A program made the translations under genes and the position numbers. From the IMG/VR virus record IMGVR_UViG_3300049988_000118, positions 1 through 64,000 of that record: a stretch of 64,000 nt of DNA; one strand, written 5' to 3'. The notes beneath the pieces were generated by a model that did no database searches, was not told the DNA's origin, and worked only from the letters and a program-made list of their open reading frames with translations. Source of the DNA: a virus (taxonomy: Duplodnaviria > Caudoviricetes). Positions 55,157 to 64,000 of this stretch are shown here, piece by piece (within the stretch, counting starts at the first letter, position 1; every line of letters starts with the position of its first letter).

Positions 55157-56416
55157 ATGACCTCCGGCGTCACCTTCGGCACCATCGACCAGCGGTTCGC
55201 AGACGAGCCGCTGCCCACCGGCCCGGTGGACTTCTCCAAGATCGCCTTCGTCTCGACCTCGACGGGCGCGGACGCGGCCAAGTTCCCCCCGGGTGAGCCC
55301 GTGCGGTTCACCTCGTCCGACGTGTCCTTCACCTCGAAGCTCGGCACCGGCTACCTCGCCGACGCCGTGCGCGGCGTGAACGCCCAGATCGCCCCCGGCG
55401 GGCAGGCGGCCGACATCACCGTGATCCGCGTCGAGGAAGGGGTCTCCGCGACCCCGGCGACGAAACTCGAGCAGACGATGGCCAACGTCATCGCCGGGCT
55501 CAGCACCCTCAAGCGCGTGCCGTCCCGCATCAACGCCACCCCGCGCCTCGTCGGCACCCCGGGCTATACCGCCCAGACGCTCGGCTCCGACGCCAACCCG
55601 GTGATCGCGGCCCTGCCGGAGACCTTGGCGGCCCTGCTCGCCATCGCGGTGGTCGACGTGGACGACACCAGCCGCGACGGCGCCATCGAGGCGCGCGAGG
55701 CCATCGGCTCCGACCGCATCATGCCGGTCGGCGTGGCCGCGCGCGTGTTCGACGTGGACGGCACCACGGTGCTGACCCGGCCCATGGCCTCGCGCATCCT
55801 CGGCCTCATCAACCGGGTCGATTTCCAGAACGGCGGCAAGCCGTTCGAGCCCTTCGCCAACCGCCAGATCTTCGGCCTGGTGAACACCAGCCGCGCCATC
55901 GAGTTCGACCTGCGCGACGGTTCGGTCGAGGGCCAGCAGCTGCTCGCCTCCGAGGTGTCGATCGTCGTGCGCGGTGAGACCGACGTCGACGGCGCCATCG
56001 CCGACGGCGGGTTCGTCTTCATCGGCACCGACAACGGCGCTTCCGACGGCGACCTCTGGCAGCAGATCCACCAGGTGCGCGGCGCCGACATCATCGACGT
56101 CGAGCACATGCGTCTGACCCGGCAGTTCCTGGGCCGTAAGATCTCGGCCGGCAACGCCGAGGCCTGGATCAACTCGCTCCGGTTCAACCTGCGCGACCAC
56201 AAGGCCGACACCGACATCCTCGGCTACAAGACCGAGTTCAAGCCGGACCAGAACAGCCCCGAGGAAGTGCGAGCCGGCCGCCTCACCATCGACCTCGGCA
56301 TCGAGACGGCGCCGGTCTTCCGCGTCGCGAAGCGCAACGTGCGCCGCTACCGCCAGGCCGTGAACGACCTCGTGGCCGACATCGCCGCCCGCATCAACGC
56401 GTCCTCCATCCTCTGA
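55157..56416 (+). CDS. Contractile tail sheath protein
   Basis: PRLVGTPG, ASRILGL, FANRQIFG, ILGY, PEEVRAGRLTID. Confidence 0.92.
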   Translation: MTSGVTFGTIDQRFADEPLPTGPVDFSKIAFVSTSTGADAAKFPPGEPVRFTSSDVSFTSKLGTGYLADAVRGVNAQIAPGGQAADITVIRVEEGVSATPATKLEQTMANVIAGLSTLKRVPSRINATPRLVGTPGYTAQTLGSDANPVIAALPETLAALLAIAVVDVDDTSRDGAIEAREAIGSDRIMPVGVAARVFDVDGTTVLTRPMASRILGLINRVDFQNGGKPFEPFANRQIFGLVNTSRAIEFDLRDGSVEGQQLLASEVSIVVRGETDVDGAIADGGFVFIGTDNGASDGDLWQQIHQVRGADIIDVEHMRLTRQFLGRKISAGNAEAWINSLRFNLRDHKADTDILGYKTEFKPDQNSPEEVRAGRLTIDLGIETAPVFRVAKRNVRRYRQAVNDLVADIAARINASSIL

Positions 56417-56463
56417 TCGGCCGCCGCGCCGCCTCTCATCCCTCGCGCTGAAGGAACGCCGTC

Positions 56464-56997
56464 ATGGCTGCCCAGTACCCCTACATCATGGAAGCGATCG
56501 ACGTGCGCCGGGCGACCCAGCCCGACAGCTCGCGGCGCCGGATCATCAAGTCGATGGCGCTGCCCGCGCTGACCCGCGTCACGGCGGAGATGATGTCGGG
56601 CGGATCGATCGCGAAGCTCAACCTGAGCTTCCCTCAGATCGAGGCGCTCGAGCCGAAGTTCTCCACCTTCGGCCCCGACCTCGACGTGCTGAAGAACTTC
56701 GGCCTCACCCCCGGCAACGCGATGGACCGGTGGGTCTTCGCCGGATCGATGCGTATCCGCAAAAGCCAGGACCCTGTGCCGGTCCGGGCGACCATCGAGG
56801 GCGTCGTCAACGCTTGGGAGCCCGACGAGAACACGCCCACGGAGCTGATGGGCTGCAACCACACCCTGGCCGAGGTGACACACTACGAGCTCGTCATCGA
56901 CGGTGTGGAAATGTTCTACTTCGACGACGACGAGAACGAGGCCCGGTCGAACGGCAAGTCGTGGTTCGCAGCCACCCGCCGGGCCCTGGGCATCTGA
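56464..56997 (+). CDS. Major tail tube protein (P2 FII family)
   Basis: LPALTRVT, IEALEPKF, VRATIEG, HYELVIDGVEMFYFD. Confidence 0.9.
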   Translation: MAAQYPYIMEAIDVRRATQPDSSRRRIIKSMALPALTRVTAEMMSGGSIAKLNLSFPQIEALEPKFSTFGPDLDVLKNFGLTPGNAMDRWVFAGSMRIRKSQDPVPVRATIEGVVNAWEPDENTPTELMGCNHTLAEVTHYELVIDGVEMFYFDDDENEARSNGKSWFAATRRALGI

Positions 56998-57675
56998 TCA
57001 GCCGCGGGGCGGCCGCCACCCGGCCGCCTTCGCCTCGTCCTCCGAACAAAACATCCGCTCGCCGGACTTCTCGCTGATCCGGGTCCGCTCGTAATCGCGG
57101 GTTCCGGGTACGTGATAGATCTTGTCGCCCTTCGCCGAGATATTGCCCTTAATGGCGCAGCCGCCGGCCGCGACCGCTGCCGGCGCCGTGTCTTCGCCGC
57201 CCGATCGCTTCGCCTTGCGATAGTCGCTGGGCTCCTGGAACGTCCCCGCCCAGATCCCGCGCTTCGTCGCCTTGGCGGTGGTCTCGGCCGCAACGTAGTC
57301 GGTGGAGTATCGCCGGTAGGCGATGGCGTGCCCCTGGGCGACCATCCAGGCGTTCAAGTCTTCGCTGCCCTTCCGGCATACCGCGACGGTCCGGCCATAG
57401 CGGTCGGTGTCGCGCGGCTCGCACGAGATCGGGGATTCGCCGATGCGGTCGGACAGGGCCAGCGCCGCGGCCTGGCCGCATCGGTAGTCCTTGCCCGCCG
57501 CGTCCTGGCAGGTCTGAGCGCTCTCCGGTGCGTCGATGCCGTGGAGGCGGATGCGGGTGTTCCGGATCACCACCGTGTCGCCATCGGTGACGCTGGCGCG
57601 GCCGACGATGGGTTCGGCGGCAAGGGCGGGCGTGGCGATCAGGAGGAGGGCGAAAAGGCCACGCACTCCGATCAC
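56998..57675 (-). CDS. Secreted thermonuclease (SNase family) with C-terminal IKGNI domain
   Basis: Signal peptide; DGDT, IRLHGIDAPE, DRYGR, RGIWAG; GTG start overlaps the upstream TGA. Confidence 0.92.
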   Translation of the reverse strand: MIGVRGLFALLLIATPALAAEPIVGRASVTDGDTVVIRNTRIRLHGIDAPESAQTCQDAAGKDYRCGQAAALALSDRIGESPISCEPRDTDRYGRTVAVCRKGSEDLNAWMVAQGHAIAYRRYSTDYVAAETTAKATKRGIWAGTFQEPSDYRKAKRSGGEDTAPAAVAAGGCAIKGNISAKGDKIYHVPGTRDYERTRISEKSGERMFCSEDEAKAAGWRPPRG

Positions 57676-57857
57676 TTGCCGGAGCACTTCGTTTTCGAAG
57701 AGCTGAGCGAGCCGTCGTTGCAGAGGTACTTGTCGCCTTGGCAGGCTTTGACGCCGCCCTTCTTCTGCGAGCACGGATAGTTGCGAGCTTCCGCCGTGGT
57801 CCCAACCGTGAGAAGTGCGCCGGCCCCGACGAGGGCCAGCGTGAGAGCGCGAATCAT
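57672..57857 (-). CDS. Small secreted Cys-rich protein
   Basis: Signal peptide; PCSQKKGGVKAC..KYLCNDGSLS..KTKC. Confidence 0.7.
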   Translation of the reverse strand: MIRALTLALVGAGALLTVGTTAEARNYPCSQKKGGVKACQGDKYLCNDGSLSSSKTKCSGK

Positions 57858-57966
57858 TCTGTTGTTCCTCCCGTGGTTGCAGAGGATGTGCAGAGGCGAG
57901 GTGAGGACGCAAGCTCAGGATAGATCGCAAATTGTCCGTTCGGCACTCCGAGAGGTAAGCCGCGGC

Positions 57967-58449
57967 CTACTCAACGCTGAACCATATGCCGGCCACTCCT
58001 TGCGGCATCAGTTTGTAGGTTGCACCGTCCAGAATAACTTGCGTTTTTCGCCCTTCTTTGAGGCCGCGGAGAAGTTCGCGAAAAGCTTGCCCTCTTTCTT
58101 CTTTACTTGCGCTGGGCGACCAAGCGAGAATTGAAACTACTACGGCTTCAGTGAAGTAAACTGGATCTGAGTTTTTTGCGAGCATGATCGTAAGATCGCT
58201 CGCTTTTGAAAGATCTGCGGTATCGGACGCAGCAACCGCGCCTAACTGTCCGGTCAATGAGATTGTACAAACTCGGGCCTTATCAGAAGAGCATTCTCTA
58301 AGAACCATCCGTGATTTAAATCCACCCTTCTCGGCCGCCTTGTTATAGGCTTCGTGCGCCTTTTCGATGCTTCCTAACGATACAGCGCCGGCTTCAATTG
58401 GAGCCATGGCGACCAGGGCAACAACTGCGAGCTTGAAAATGGACACCAC
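57967..58449 (-). CDS. Secreted hypothetical protein (low GC moron)
   Basis: Signal peptide MVSIFKLAVVALVAMAPIEAGA. Confidence 0.6.
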   Translation of the reverse strand: MVSIFKLAVVALVAMAPIEAGAVSLGSIEKAHEAYNKAAEKGGFKSRMVLRECSSDKARVCTISLTGQLGAVAASDTADLSKASDLTIMLAKNSDPVYFTEAVVVSILAWSPSASKEERGQAFRELLRGLKEGRKTQVILDGATYKLMPQGVAGIWFSVE

Positions 58450-58822
58450 GTCTCAATCTCCCCGTTATGTGAACGACAAGCCTCGCCACGCGACGATTAC
58501 GCTCGACTGGCCCATCGAGTTCGAGGGGACCACATACACCGAGATCGGGTTGCGGCGCCTGACCGCCGGCGAGGTTGCGGCGTTCATGGACACCGCGCGC
58601 GCGAAGGTCGAGGCCGACCCCGAAGCAAACCCCCGCGCGCCCATTTTCATCGACGCCGACGGTGAGCCCATCCCGGATGGTCTGTTCGATGCCCTCGACG
58701 ACGACGACGGCTTCAAGCTGGACGGGGCAGCGAAGGATTTTTTGCCCCGCCGATTCCAGGCGGTTCCAAGGGTGAGCGATTCCACCCCGATGGATGGCAG
58801 CGATACCGAGCCGACATCCTGA
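58439..58822 (+). CDS. Prophage tail assembly chaperone
   Basis: TITLDWPIEFEGTTYTEIGLRRLTAG; upstream of TMP; exact start uncertain. Confidence 0.85.
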   Translation: MDTTSQSPRYVNDKPRHATITLDWPIEFEGTTYTEIGLRRLTAGEVAAFMDTARAKVEADPEANPRAPIFIDADGEPIPDGLFDALDDDDGFKLDGAAKDFLPRRFQAVPRVSDSTPMDGSDTEPTS

Positions 58823-58920
58823 AGCAGATCGGCGGTACCCGGGCAGAGCTTATGGCGATGCCTTGGTCCGAGTTTTTCGACGAGTGGGTGATCGCGCGCG
58901 CGATGGCCCGGGGGCGCTAA
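58738..58920 (+). other. -1 programmed frameshift (T TTT TTG) and gpE'-like extension
   Basis: P2-type slippery heptamer; -1 frame open to TAA 58918-58920, encoding RADILKQIGGTRAELMAMPWSEFFDEW. Confidence 0.85.
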
Positions 58921-58923
58921 TCG

Positions 58924-61830
58924 ATGGCCAACCGTACCGCGACCCTCACCGCGCGTCTTATCGACGACATCAGCGGCCCTGCCAAAGGGGCTGCCGGTGC
59001 GCTGAAGGGGCTCGGTGCGTCCGCCGGCGAACTGAACAAGCTCGGCGCAGCCAACCCGAAGCTTGGGAAGCTGCTGGCCGATCTCGAAAGGCTGAAAGCC
59101 GCTCAGAAGGGCATCGGCGATTATCGGGATGCCGGTCGGTCGTGGATGGATCTGGGCAAGCGGCTGCGCTCGACCCAGGACGAAATCAAGCAGACCCTCA
59201 CGGCCCTCGACCAAGCGAAGAAGAAAGCCGCGTCCTTCGACGGGGTGAAGGGGTTCGCTCGCGGTGGCGCCATCGCCAAGGAGATGGCCGACGCCCGTAA
59301 GGAGGTCGTCCGCCTCGAGAGCACCTACAAGAACCTCCAGCGCGACGCTGCCGGCGTTGCGGCCGCCTTCGAGAAGCAGGGGCAGGCGACCCGCGGACTG
59401 AAGGCTGGCCTGCTGGAAGCGGGCGTTTCGCTCAAGAGCCTGCGTACCGCCGAATCCGGGGTGAAGGCCGCGATCGACGCGACCACTTCGTCGATCGAGC
59501 GGCAGGCCAACGCCATCCGGCAGAACGCCGCTGCTACGGATCGGATGCGGGAGAGCGCACGGGCGCAGCTTCGTGCCGCCGTTGAGAGCGGAAAGGCCCA
59601 GCGCCGCGAGCGCCAGGAGGCGCAGGCCGCCGCCGTCAAGGCGCGGGAGCACGCCACGCTGGAGCACCAGGCTCTACGGGACCGGCGCTTGGGCGCTGTC
59701 GGCGCCACCGCTGGAATCGTGGGGGGCTACAAGGCCAAGGAGTTCGGGGTCAACGCGATCAACCAAGCCGCCGACATGGACATCGCTGTCCGCAAACAGC
59801 GGATCGCGACCGACGTCACGGAGGCCATGCAGAACCGGTTGCTGATCCCGCAGGCCAAGCGGATCGGCCAGGACACCCAGTATTCGAACATCGACATCGT
59901 CAAGGCGCAGACCGCGACGATGCAGAGCCTGCCCTTCAACGATGCCGACCTAAAAGCTGAGATCGGCGCCGGCATCATCGGCGAGGTGAAAAACTACGCG
60001 CAGATCATGGAAGCGGACATGACGCGCTCGGCCGAGGGCCTGCGGTCGTTTTTGCAGACTACGAACAAGGACATCTCATCGAAGGAAAAGGCCATCGCCG
60101 AGGCCACGCGCGGCACCAACCTGTTGGTGAAGATGGCCAAGCGGGGCGGCATGTCGGACGACGACGTGCAGGCCTTCGTGAAGTTCGGGTTTCCGACCGC
60201 CACCCAGGCAGGGTTCACCGACACCACCACTGCGGCCCTCGGATCGGTCGGCCGACGCGGTGGCTTGCGCGGTGATGAGCTCGGCGTGTTCGTGCGTGCC
60301 GCGGCCTCGAAGCTCATCGCACCAACTCAGAAAGGTCGCGAGGCCGAGATCGCGGCCGGCATTGATCGCGACAAGTACACGCGTATGCCGGGCGGTCTCA
60401 GCACCGACACGCTGGAGAAGTTTCAGAAAAACCGCTTCGGCAAGTCCTTCAGCGATGATCAGCGCGCGCGGATCACCGGCATCATTCAGAACGAGGATAC
60501 AGGTCTCCCCGAACGGGAAGACTTCATTACGCAAATCTCGGCTATCGTATCCGAGAGCTTTGATAAGACGAAGAAGGGAAAAACCAAAGCCCAGGATGCC
60601 CAGAAGATAGCTAAAATGGTTGGCGACTTCTACAAGATGTCGGTTGAAAGTACCGATATCGAAGGCCTGCTGCGAGAGCATCTTGCCAACCCCCGCATGA
60701 CGCCCGCCCTCCGGAACGCGTTCTGGACGGACAAGCACGGCGGCAAGATGGGCGTCATCGCCAACAAGTCCGACCAGCTGCGCGAGGATAAGGCGGAACT
60801 GGACCACGTGACCCAAGATCCCGGGTTCGCCGCGCGCAAGGCGGTCGAGATCATGGCCGGCATGGGCGGTTCGCTGAACCAGCTGAAGGGCGCGGTCGAG
60901 ACGCTCACCCTGTCGTTTGGTGAAGCGAACTCCAGCATCGCCAAGAGCGGCTTCGACAAGCTCTCGGGTGTCGCCGAGGCCCTCACTGCGCTGCCGGATG
61001 GAGCGAAACAGGCAGCAACGGCGCTCGCGGCCGTTGGGGCGACCTACGGCGCCGTGAAGGGCGTTCAAGGCTTCCTCGGCGGCTTCGGCCTTGCCGCGTC
61101 CGCGACGGCGCTCGACGGCTCGGCTGCCGCCCTGACGGCCGCTGCCGTGAAGCTCGGGGCAACCGGCGGCCTGCCGGACGTGCCGGGCGGGGCGAGCAAG
61201 GGCGGCAAGGCCGGCCGGTTCGGAAAGCTCGGGGGCCTGGGCTTCATCGGTGCCGCCGGTCTTGGCGTCGGCGCAGTCGCGCTCGCGGCCGATTTGCTCG
61301 ACCAGAACGATCCTCACGCCAATCGCGCGAACGGGTATCGCGGCGGGCGGGGCCGGCCGAACCTACAGTCCTACCCCTCATCGTGGGGTGCGGGAGGTAC
61401 GAACGTTTCGGCCGGCATGGGCGTCCCGGGTGGCGGCTACTCCACCAATCGGCCCAAGACTTGGAACGAGACGCTCTTCGGCGGGACGGCCACCTTCCGC
61501 GGCGGCCGCGATCCCACGAAGGTCGACCTGCCGATTCCGGCCAGCATGGGCAACGCCACGCCGAAAGTGGACGTGTCGTCGGTCGAAGCGGTGAAGCCGA
61601 AGGCGGATGAGGCCAAGGCGGCAATTGAGGGTCTCAACGTCACCGCAACGCCCAACATCGTTGCCACGTCCATCATGGCCGCCAACGCCGCCGTGCTGGA
61701 GCTGCTCGGCAATCTCAACCGCGTCCCTGGCGCGGTTGCAGCTGGCGTGGCGGCAGCAACGGCCGGCGCAGCGAAAACCGGCAACGTCGCACAGCGCCTC
61801 CAGAACGCGCGCACCGACACGGGGATGTAG
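58924..61830 (+). CDS. Prophage tail tape measure protein
   Basis: 968 aa, Ala-rich coiled coil, located after TAC and before gpU. Confidence 0.92.
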   Translation: MANRTATLTARLIDDISGPAKGAAGALKGLGASAGELNKLGAANPKLGKLLADLERLKAAQKGIGDYRDAGRSWMDLGKRLRSTQDEIKQTLTALDQAKKKAASFDGVKGFARGGAIAKEMADARKEVVRLESTYKNLQRDAAGVAAAFEKQGQATRGLKAGLLEAGVSLKSLRTAESGVKAAIDATTSSIERQANAIRQNAAATDRMRESARAQLRAAVESGKAQRRERQEAQAAAVKAREHATLEHQALRDRRLGAVGATAGIVGGYKAKEFGVNAINQAADMDIAVRKQRIATDVTEAMQNRLLIPQAKRIGQDTQYSNIDIVKAQTATMQSLPFNDADLKAEIGAGIIGEVKNYAQIMEADMTRSAEGLRSFLQTTNKDISSKEKAIAEATRGTNLLVKMAKRGGMSDDDVQAFVKFGFPTATQAGFTDTTTAALGSVGRRGGLRGDELGVFVRAAASKLIAPTQKGREAEIAAGIDRDKYTRMPGGLSTDTLEKFQKNRFGKSFSDDQRARITGIIQNEDTGLPEREDFITQISAIVSESFDKTKKGKTKAQDAQKIAKMVGDFYKMSVESTDIEGLLREHLANPRMTPALRNAFWTDKHGGKMGVIANKSDQLREDKAELDHVTQDPGFAARKAVEIMAGMGGSLNQLKGAVETLTLSFGEANSSIAKSGFDKLSGVAEALTALPDGAKQAATALAAVGATYGAVKGVQGFLGGFGLAASATALDGSAAALTAAAVKLGATGGLPDVPGGASKGGKAGRFGKLGGLGFIGAAGLGVGAVALAADLLDQNDPHANRANGYRGGRGRPNLQSYPSSWGAGGTNVSAGMGVPGGGYSTNRPKTWNETLFGGTATFRGGRDPTKVDLPIPASMGNATPKVDVSSVEAVKPKADEAKAAIEGLNVTATPNIVATSIMAANAAVLELLGNLNRVPGAVAAGVAAATAGAAKTGNVAQRLQNARTDTGM

Positions 61831-61833
61831 CGG

Positions 61834-62280
61834 ATGCTGTTCATCGTCGGCCCGCTGGTCATCTCCCGGCGTCCCTACAACATCGAGGAGTGGGACCGGG
61901 AGACGAACGCCTCGTGGGCGAAGCAGGATCTCCTCGACCGCCGGCCCGACCGTCAGTTCACCGGTGAGGGCGACGAGACACTCAACCTTTCCGGCACCCT
62001 GTACCCGTTCAACCGGAACGCCCTCGCCGGCCTGTCGAGCCTGGAGCTCGCGGAATCGCTGTGCCGCGCGGGCCAGCCCGTGTTCGTCACCCGGGGCGAC
62101 GGTCAGGTTTTCGGCTTCTACGCGATCGAGAGCGTGAAGCAGAGCAACAGCGCCATCGGTCCGCAGACCGGGGGCGTCGGCCAGGCGATCAAGCACGAGC
62201 TGAAGCTGGTCCCCGTGGGCCAGCCCAGCGCCACCGTCGGCGCCAACATGCTGTCCGACCTCATCAGCCTCTTCGGGTAG
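61834..62280 (+). CDS. P2 gpU-like tail protein
   Basis: QFTGEGDETLNLSGTLYP, GQVFGFYAIESV. Confidence 0.88.
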   Translation: MLFIVGPLVISRRPYNIEEWDRETNASWAKQDLLDRRPDRQFTGEGDETLNLSGTLYPFNRNALAGLSSLELAESLCRAGQPVFVTRGDGQVFGFYAIESVKQSNSAIGPQTGGVGQAIKHELKLVPVGQPSATVGANMLSDLISLFG

Positions 62281-62287
62281 CAGCGCC

Positions 62288-62527
62288 ATGGCCACGCCGA
62301 TCACGGTCAAGCGGGACTACCTGACGGTCGAGCTACTGCTATGGCAGCACGGCAAGCGCCGCGGCGCGACCTCGGCCCGACTGTCGGAGACCCTGGAGAT
62401 GAATCCGGGCCTCGCCGCCCTCGGCCCGTACCTGCCGCTCGGTACCGTGGTGGTGATCCCCGACCTGCCGCCGATCTCTGACCGCACCGCTATGGCGCCG
62501 GCGGCCGTGTCCCTGTTCGACGACTGA
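62288..62527 (+). CDS. P2 gpX-like tail protein
   Basis: TLEMNPGLAALGPYLPLGTVVVIPD...VSLFD. Confidence 0.88.
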   Translation: MATPITVKRDYLTVELLLWQHGKRRGATSARLSETLEMNPGLAALGPYLPLGTVVVIPDLPPISDRTAMAPAAVSLFDD

Positions 62528-62534
62528 GGCCGCG

Positions 62535-63578
62535 ATGCCCCTGACCGTTCCCTGGTCCATCTCCATCGCCGGCAAGCCCGCGACGAGTGCGTTCAACCCC
62601 TACGTCGTGGAGATCGAGGTCACCGACGGCTCGGGCGAGGACGGAGATTCCGCCCGGATCACCCTGCGCGACGATGGCCGGATCATCATGCCCCGCAAGG
62701 GAGCCGAGATCACCATCAGCATCATGGGGCAGCAGGTCTTCACCGGTATCCTGAAATCGCCCCGCTGCACCACCGCCAAGGGCCAGGGCGGGCTGATGAT
62801 GCTCAACGCCACCGGCCACGACACCGAGGGCAAGGGCAAAGAGGGGCAGCGGTTCGTCAAGGAGGACGGCACCCTCGAGGAGTACCTCACCGGGCTCGGC
62901 AAGAAGGCCGGGTTCACGGTGAAAATCGACCCGGCCCTGGCGAAGATCAAGCGCACCCTCTGGGCCTCGGACGGACGCTCGTTCCTCCACCACGCCCAGC
63001 AGCTCGCCACCGAAAACGGCGCCACCCTCAAGATCTCAGGCAAGAAGGCGGTGATCGCCAAGCGCGGGGCCGGGATGACGCCGTCGGGCAAGGCGCTCCC
63101 GACGATCCGGGCGACGGCTGGCGTGAACCTGATCTCGGCCGACATCGAGCCGTTCGAGGCCAGCGCGGTCTACCGCGACGTGCGGTTCTCGTTCTTCGAC
63201 CGGAAGAAGGCGAAGTTCGAGGAGGAGAAGGCCGACATCCGGACTGGTACTGGCGCCTCCGGAGGAGCCACGGCGGTCCTGCGGGGCAAGGCGGCCGACA
63301 AGCAGGACGCCAAGGACCGGAGCGAGGGACGGAAGAACGAGGCCGAGCGCGACAAAGGCGGCGGCTCCGTTGAGATCCAGATCGAGCCCCTGGCCAAGGC
63401 CGAGGGCACCTGCATCCTCGCGGGCGTGAGGGCCGGCATCGGTGGCAGCTACCGGATCGAGAGCGCGACCCACACCCTGCGCGCGGCCGAGAGCGGTGGT
63501 GCGAGCACGAAGCTCACGCTGAAGCAGCCCGACGACAAAGCCGGCAAGGACGACCGCAAGGCCGGCGACACCGAATAG
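62535..63578 (+). CDS. P2 gpD-like late control / baseplate hub protein
   Basis: IEVTDGSGEDGDSARITL, FLHHAQQLA..GATLKISG, YRIESATH. Confidence 0.88.
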   Translation: MPLTVPWSISIAGKPATSAFNPYVVEIEVTDGSGEDGDSARITLRDDGRIIMPRKGAEITISIMGQQVFTGILKSPRCTTAKGQGGLMMLNATGHDTEGKGKEGQRFVKEDGTLEEYLTGLGKKAGFTVKIDPALAKIKRTLWASDGRSFLHHAQQLATENGATLKISGKKAVIAKRGAGMTPSGKALPTIRATAGVNLISADIEPFEASAVYRDVRFSFFDRKKAKFEEEKADIRTGTGASGGATAVLRGKAADKQDAKDRSEGRKNEAERDKGGGSVEIQIEPLAKAEGTCILAGVRAGIGGSYRIESATHTLRAAESGGASTKLTLKQPDDKAGKDDRKAGDTE

Positions 63579-63589
63579 GACTGCGCAGC

Positions 63590-63955
63590 ATGACGGCTTC
63601 CCCCGCGCCCCTCCAGGTGCCGCAGCGCGACGTCGCGATCTGGCGCGGCGACGACGACCCGCCCCTCGTCTGGGAATTCGGCGATACCTCGACGCCTGAC
63701 ATTCTGCAGGGCTCGACGTTCCTGCTCATCGTCCAATCAACGGGCTACGAGGTGGCCCTCCGATCGGAAGATCCGGCCTCCACCCTCACCGTCGACGTTG
63801 CGGCTCGAACCGTGACCTGGGCCTACACACAAGCGGAGTCGGCCGCGCTCCCTCAGGGACCGGCCCGATACGAGCTGAAACGGATCATCGCGGGCAAGAC
63901 GCGCACCTGGGTTTGGGGCGCGCTCAGGGTCATGTCGGGGTTGCTCCATGCCTGA
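63590..63955 (+). CDS. Hypothetical phage structural protein (BppU-like Ig fold)
   Basis: AIWRGDD..LVWEF...ARYELK...G.LRV pattern. Confidence 0.55.
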   Translation: MTASPAPLQVPQRDVAIWRGDDDPPLVWEFGDTSTPDILQGSTFLLIVQSTGYEVALRSEDPASTLTVDVAARTVTWAYTQAESAALPQGPARYELKRIIAGKTRTWVWGALRVMSGLLHA

Positions 63956-64000
63956 GTTTCCGGCGGTTCGGGTTCCTGCGATCTCGTGCGTGGCGGCCAC

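Larger units (their letters stand above)
1..64000. mobile_element. Temperate prophage (lambda-like head, P2-like contractile tail), extends beyond both window edges; interrupted by a satellite at 23922-41821
   Basis: Ordered modules: leftward early genes, CI/Cro switch, recombination/replication, NusG-like antiterminator, cos-terS-terL-gpW-portal-protease-decoration-capsid, baseplate, fibre, sheath, tube, TAC, TMP, gpU/X/D. Confidence 0.95.

Noticed and set aside
46286-63578. Tailocin or extracellular contractile injection system
   Set aside because: The tail genes are contiguous with terminase, portal, protease and capsid genes, so this is a phage tail.

Overview
High-GC window, probably from an Alphaproteobacterium (Methylobacterium-like; inferred from gene content). 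It covers most of one temperate prophage, which has a lambda-like immunity region, a replication module, a lambda-type cos/terminase/head module and a P2-like contractile tail. Its integrase and lysis genes are not visible and probably lie beyond the window edges. The prophage portal gene is split by a 17.9-kb integrated element (23922-41821) bounded by the 10-bp direct repeat AACATCAGAC, and precise excision would restore a 511-aa portal. The element looks like a phage satellite. It encodes a tyrosine integrase, an AlpA/Xis-like HTH protein, a primase-helicase with an iteron origin, and a Rha-antirepressor. It also carries a 121-bp exact copy of the prophage cos region, its own small terminase, its own ClpP protease-scaffold, its own tail assembly chaperone with a conserved -1 frameshift, and its own tape measure protein. 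No major capsid, portal, TerL, sheath or tube gene is recognisable in it. The best candidate for an undescribed system is therefore a satellite that sits in its helper's portal gene and carries substitutes for the helper's DNA-packaging, head-assembly and tail-length determinants. All family assignments come from motif recognition by eye; no database search was run.
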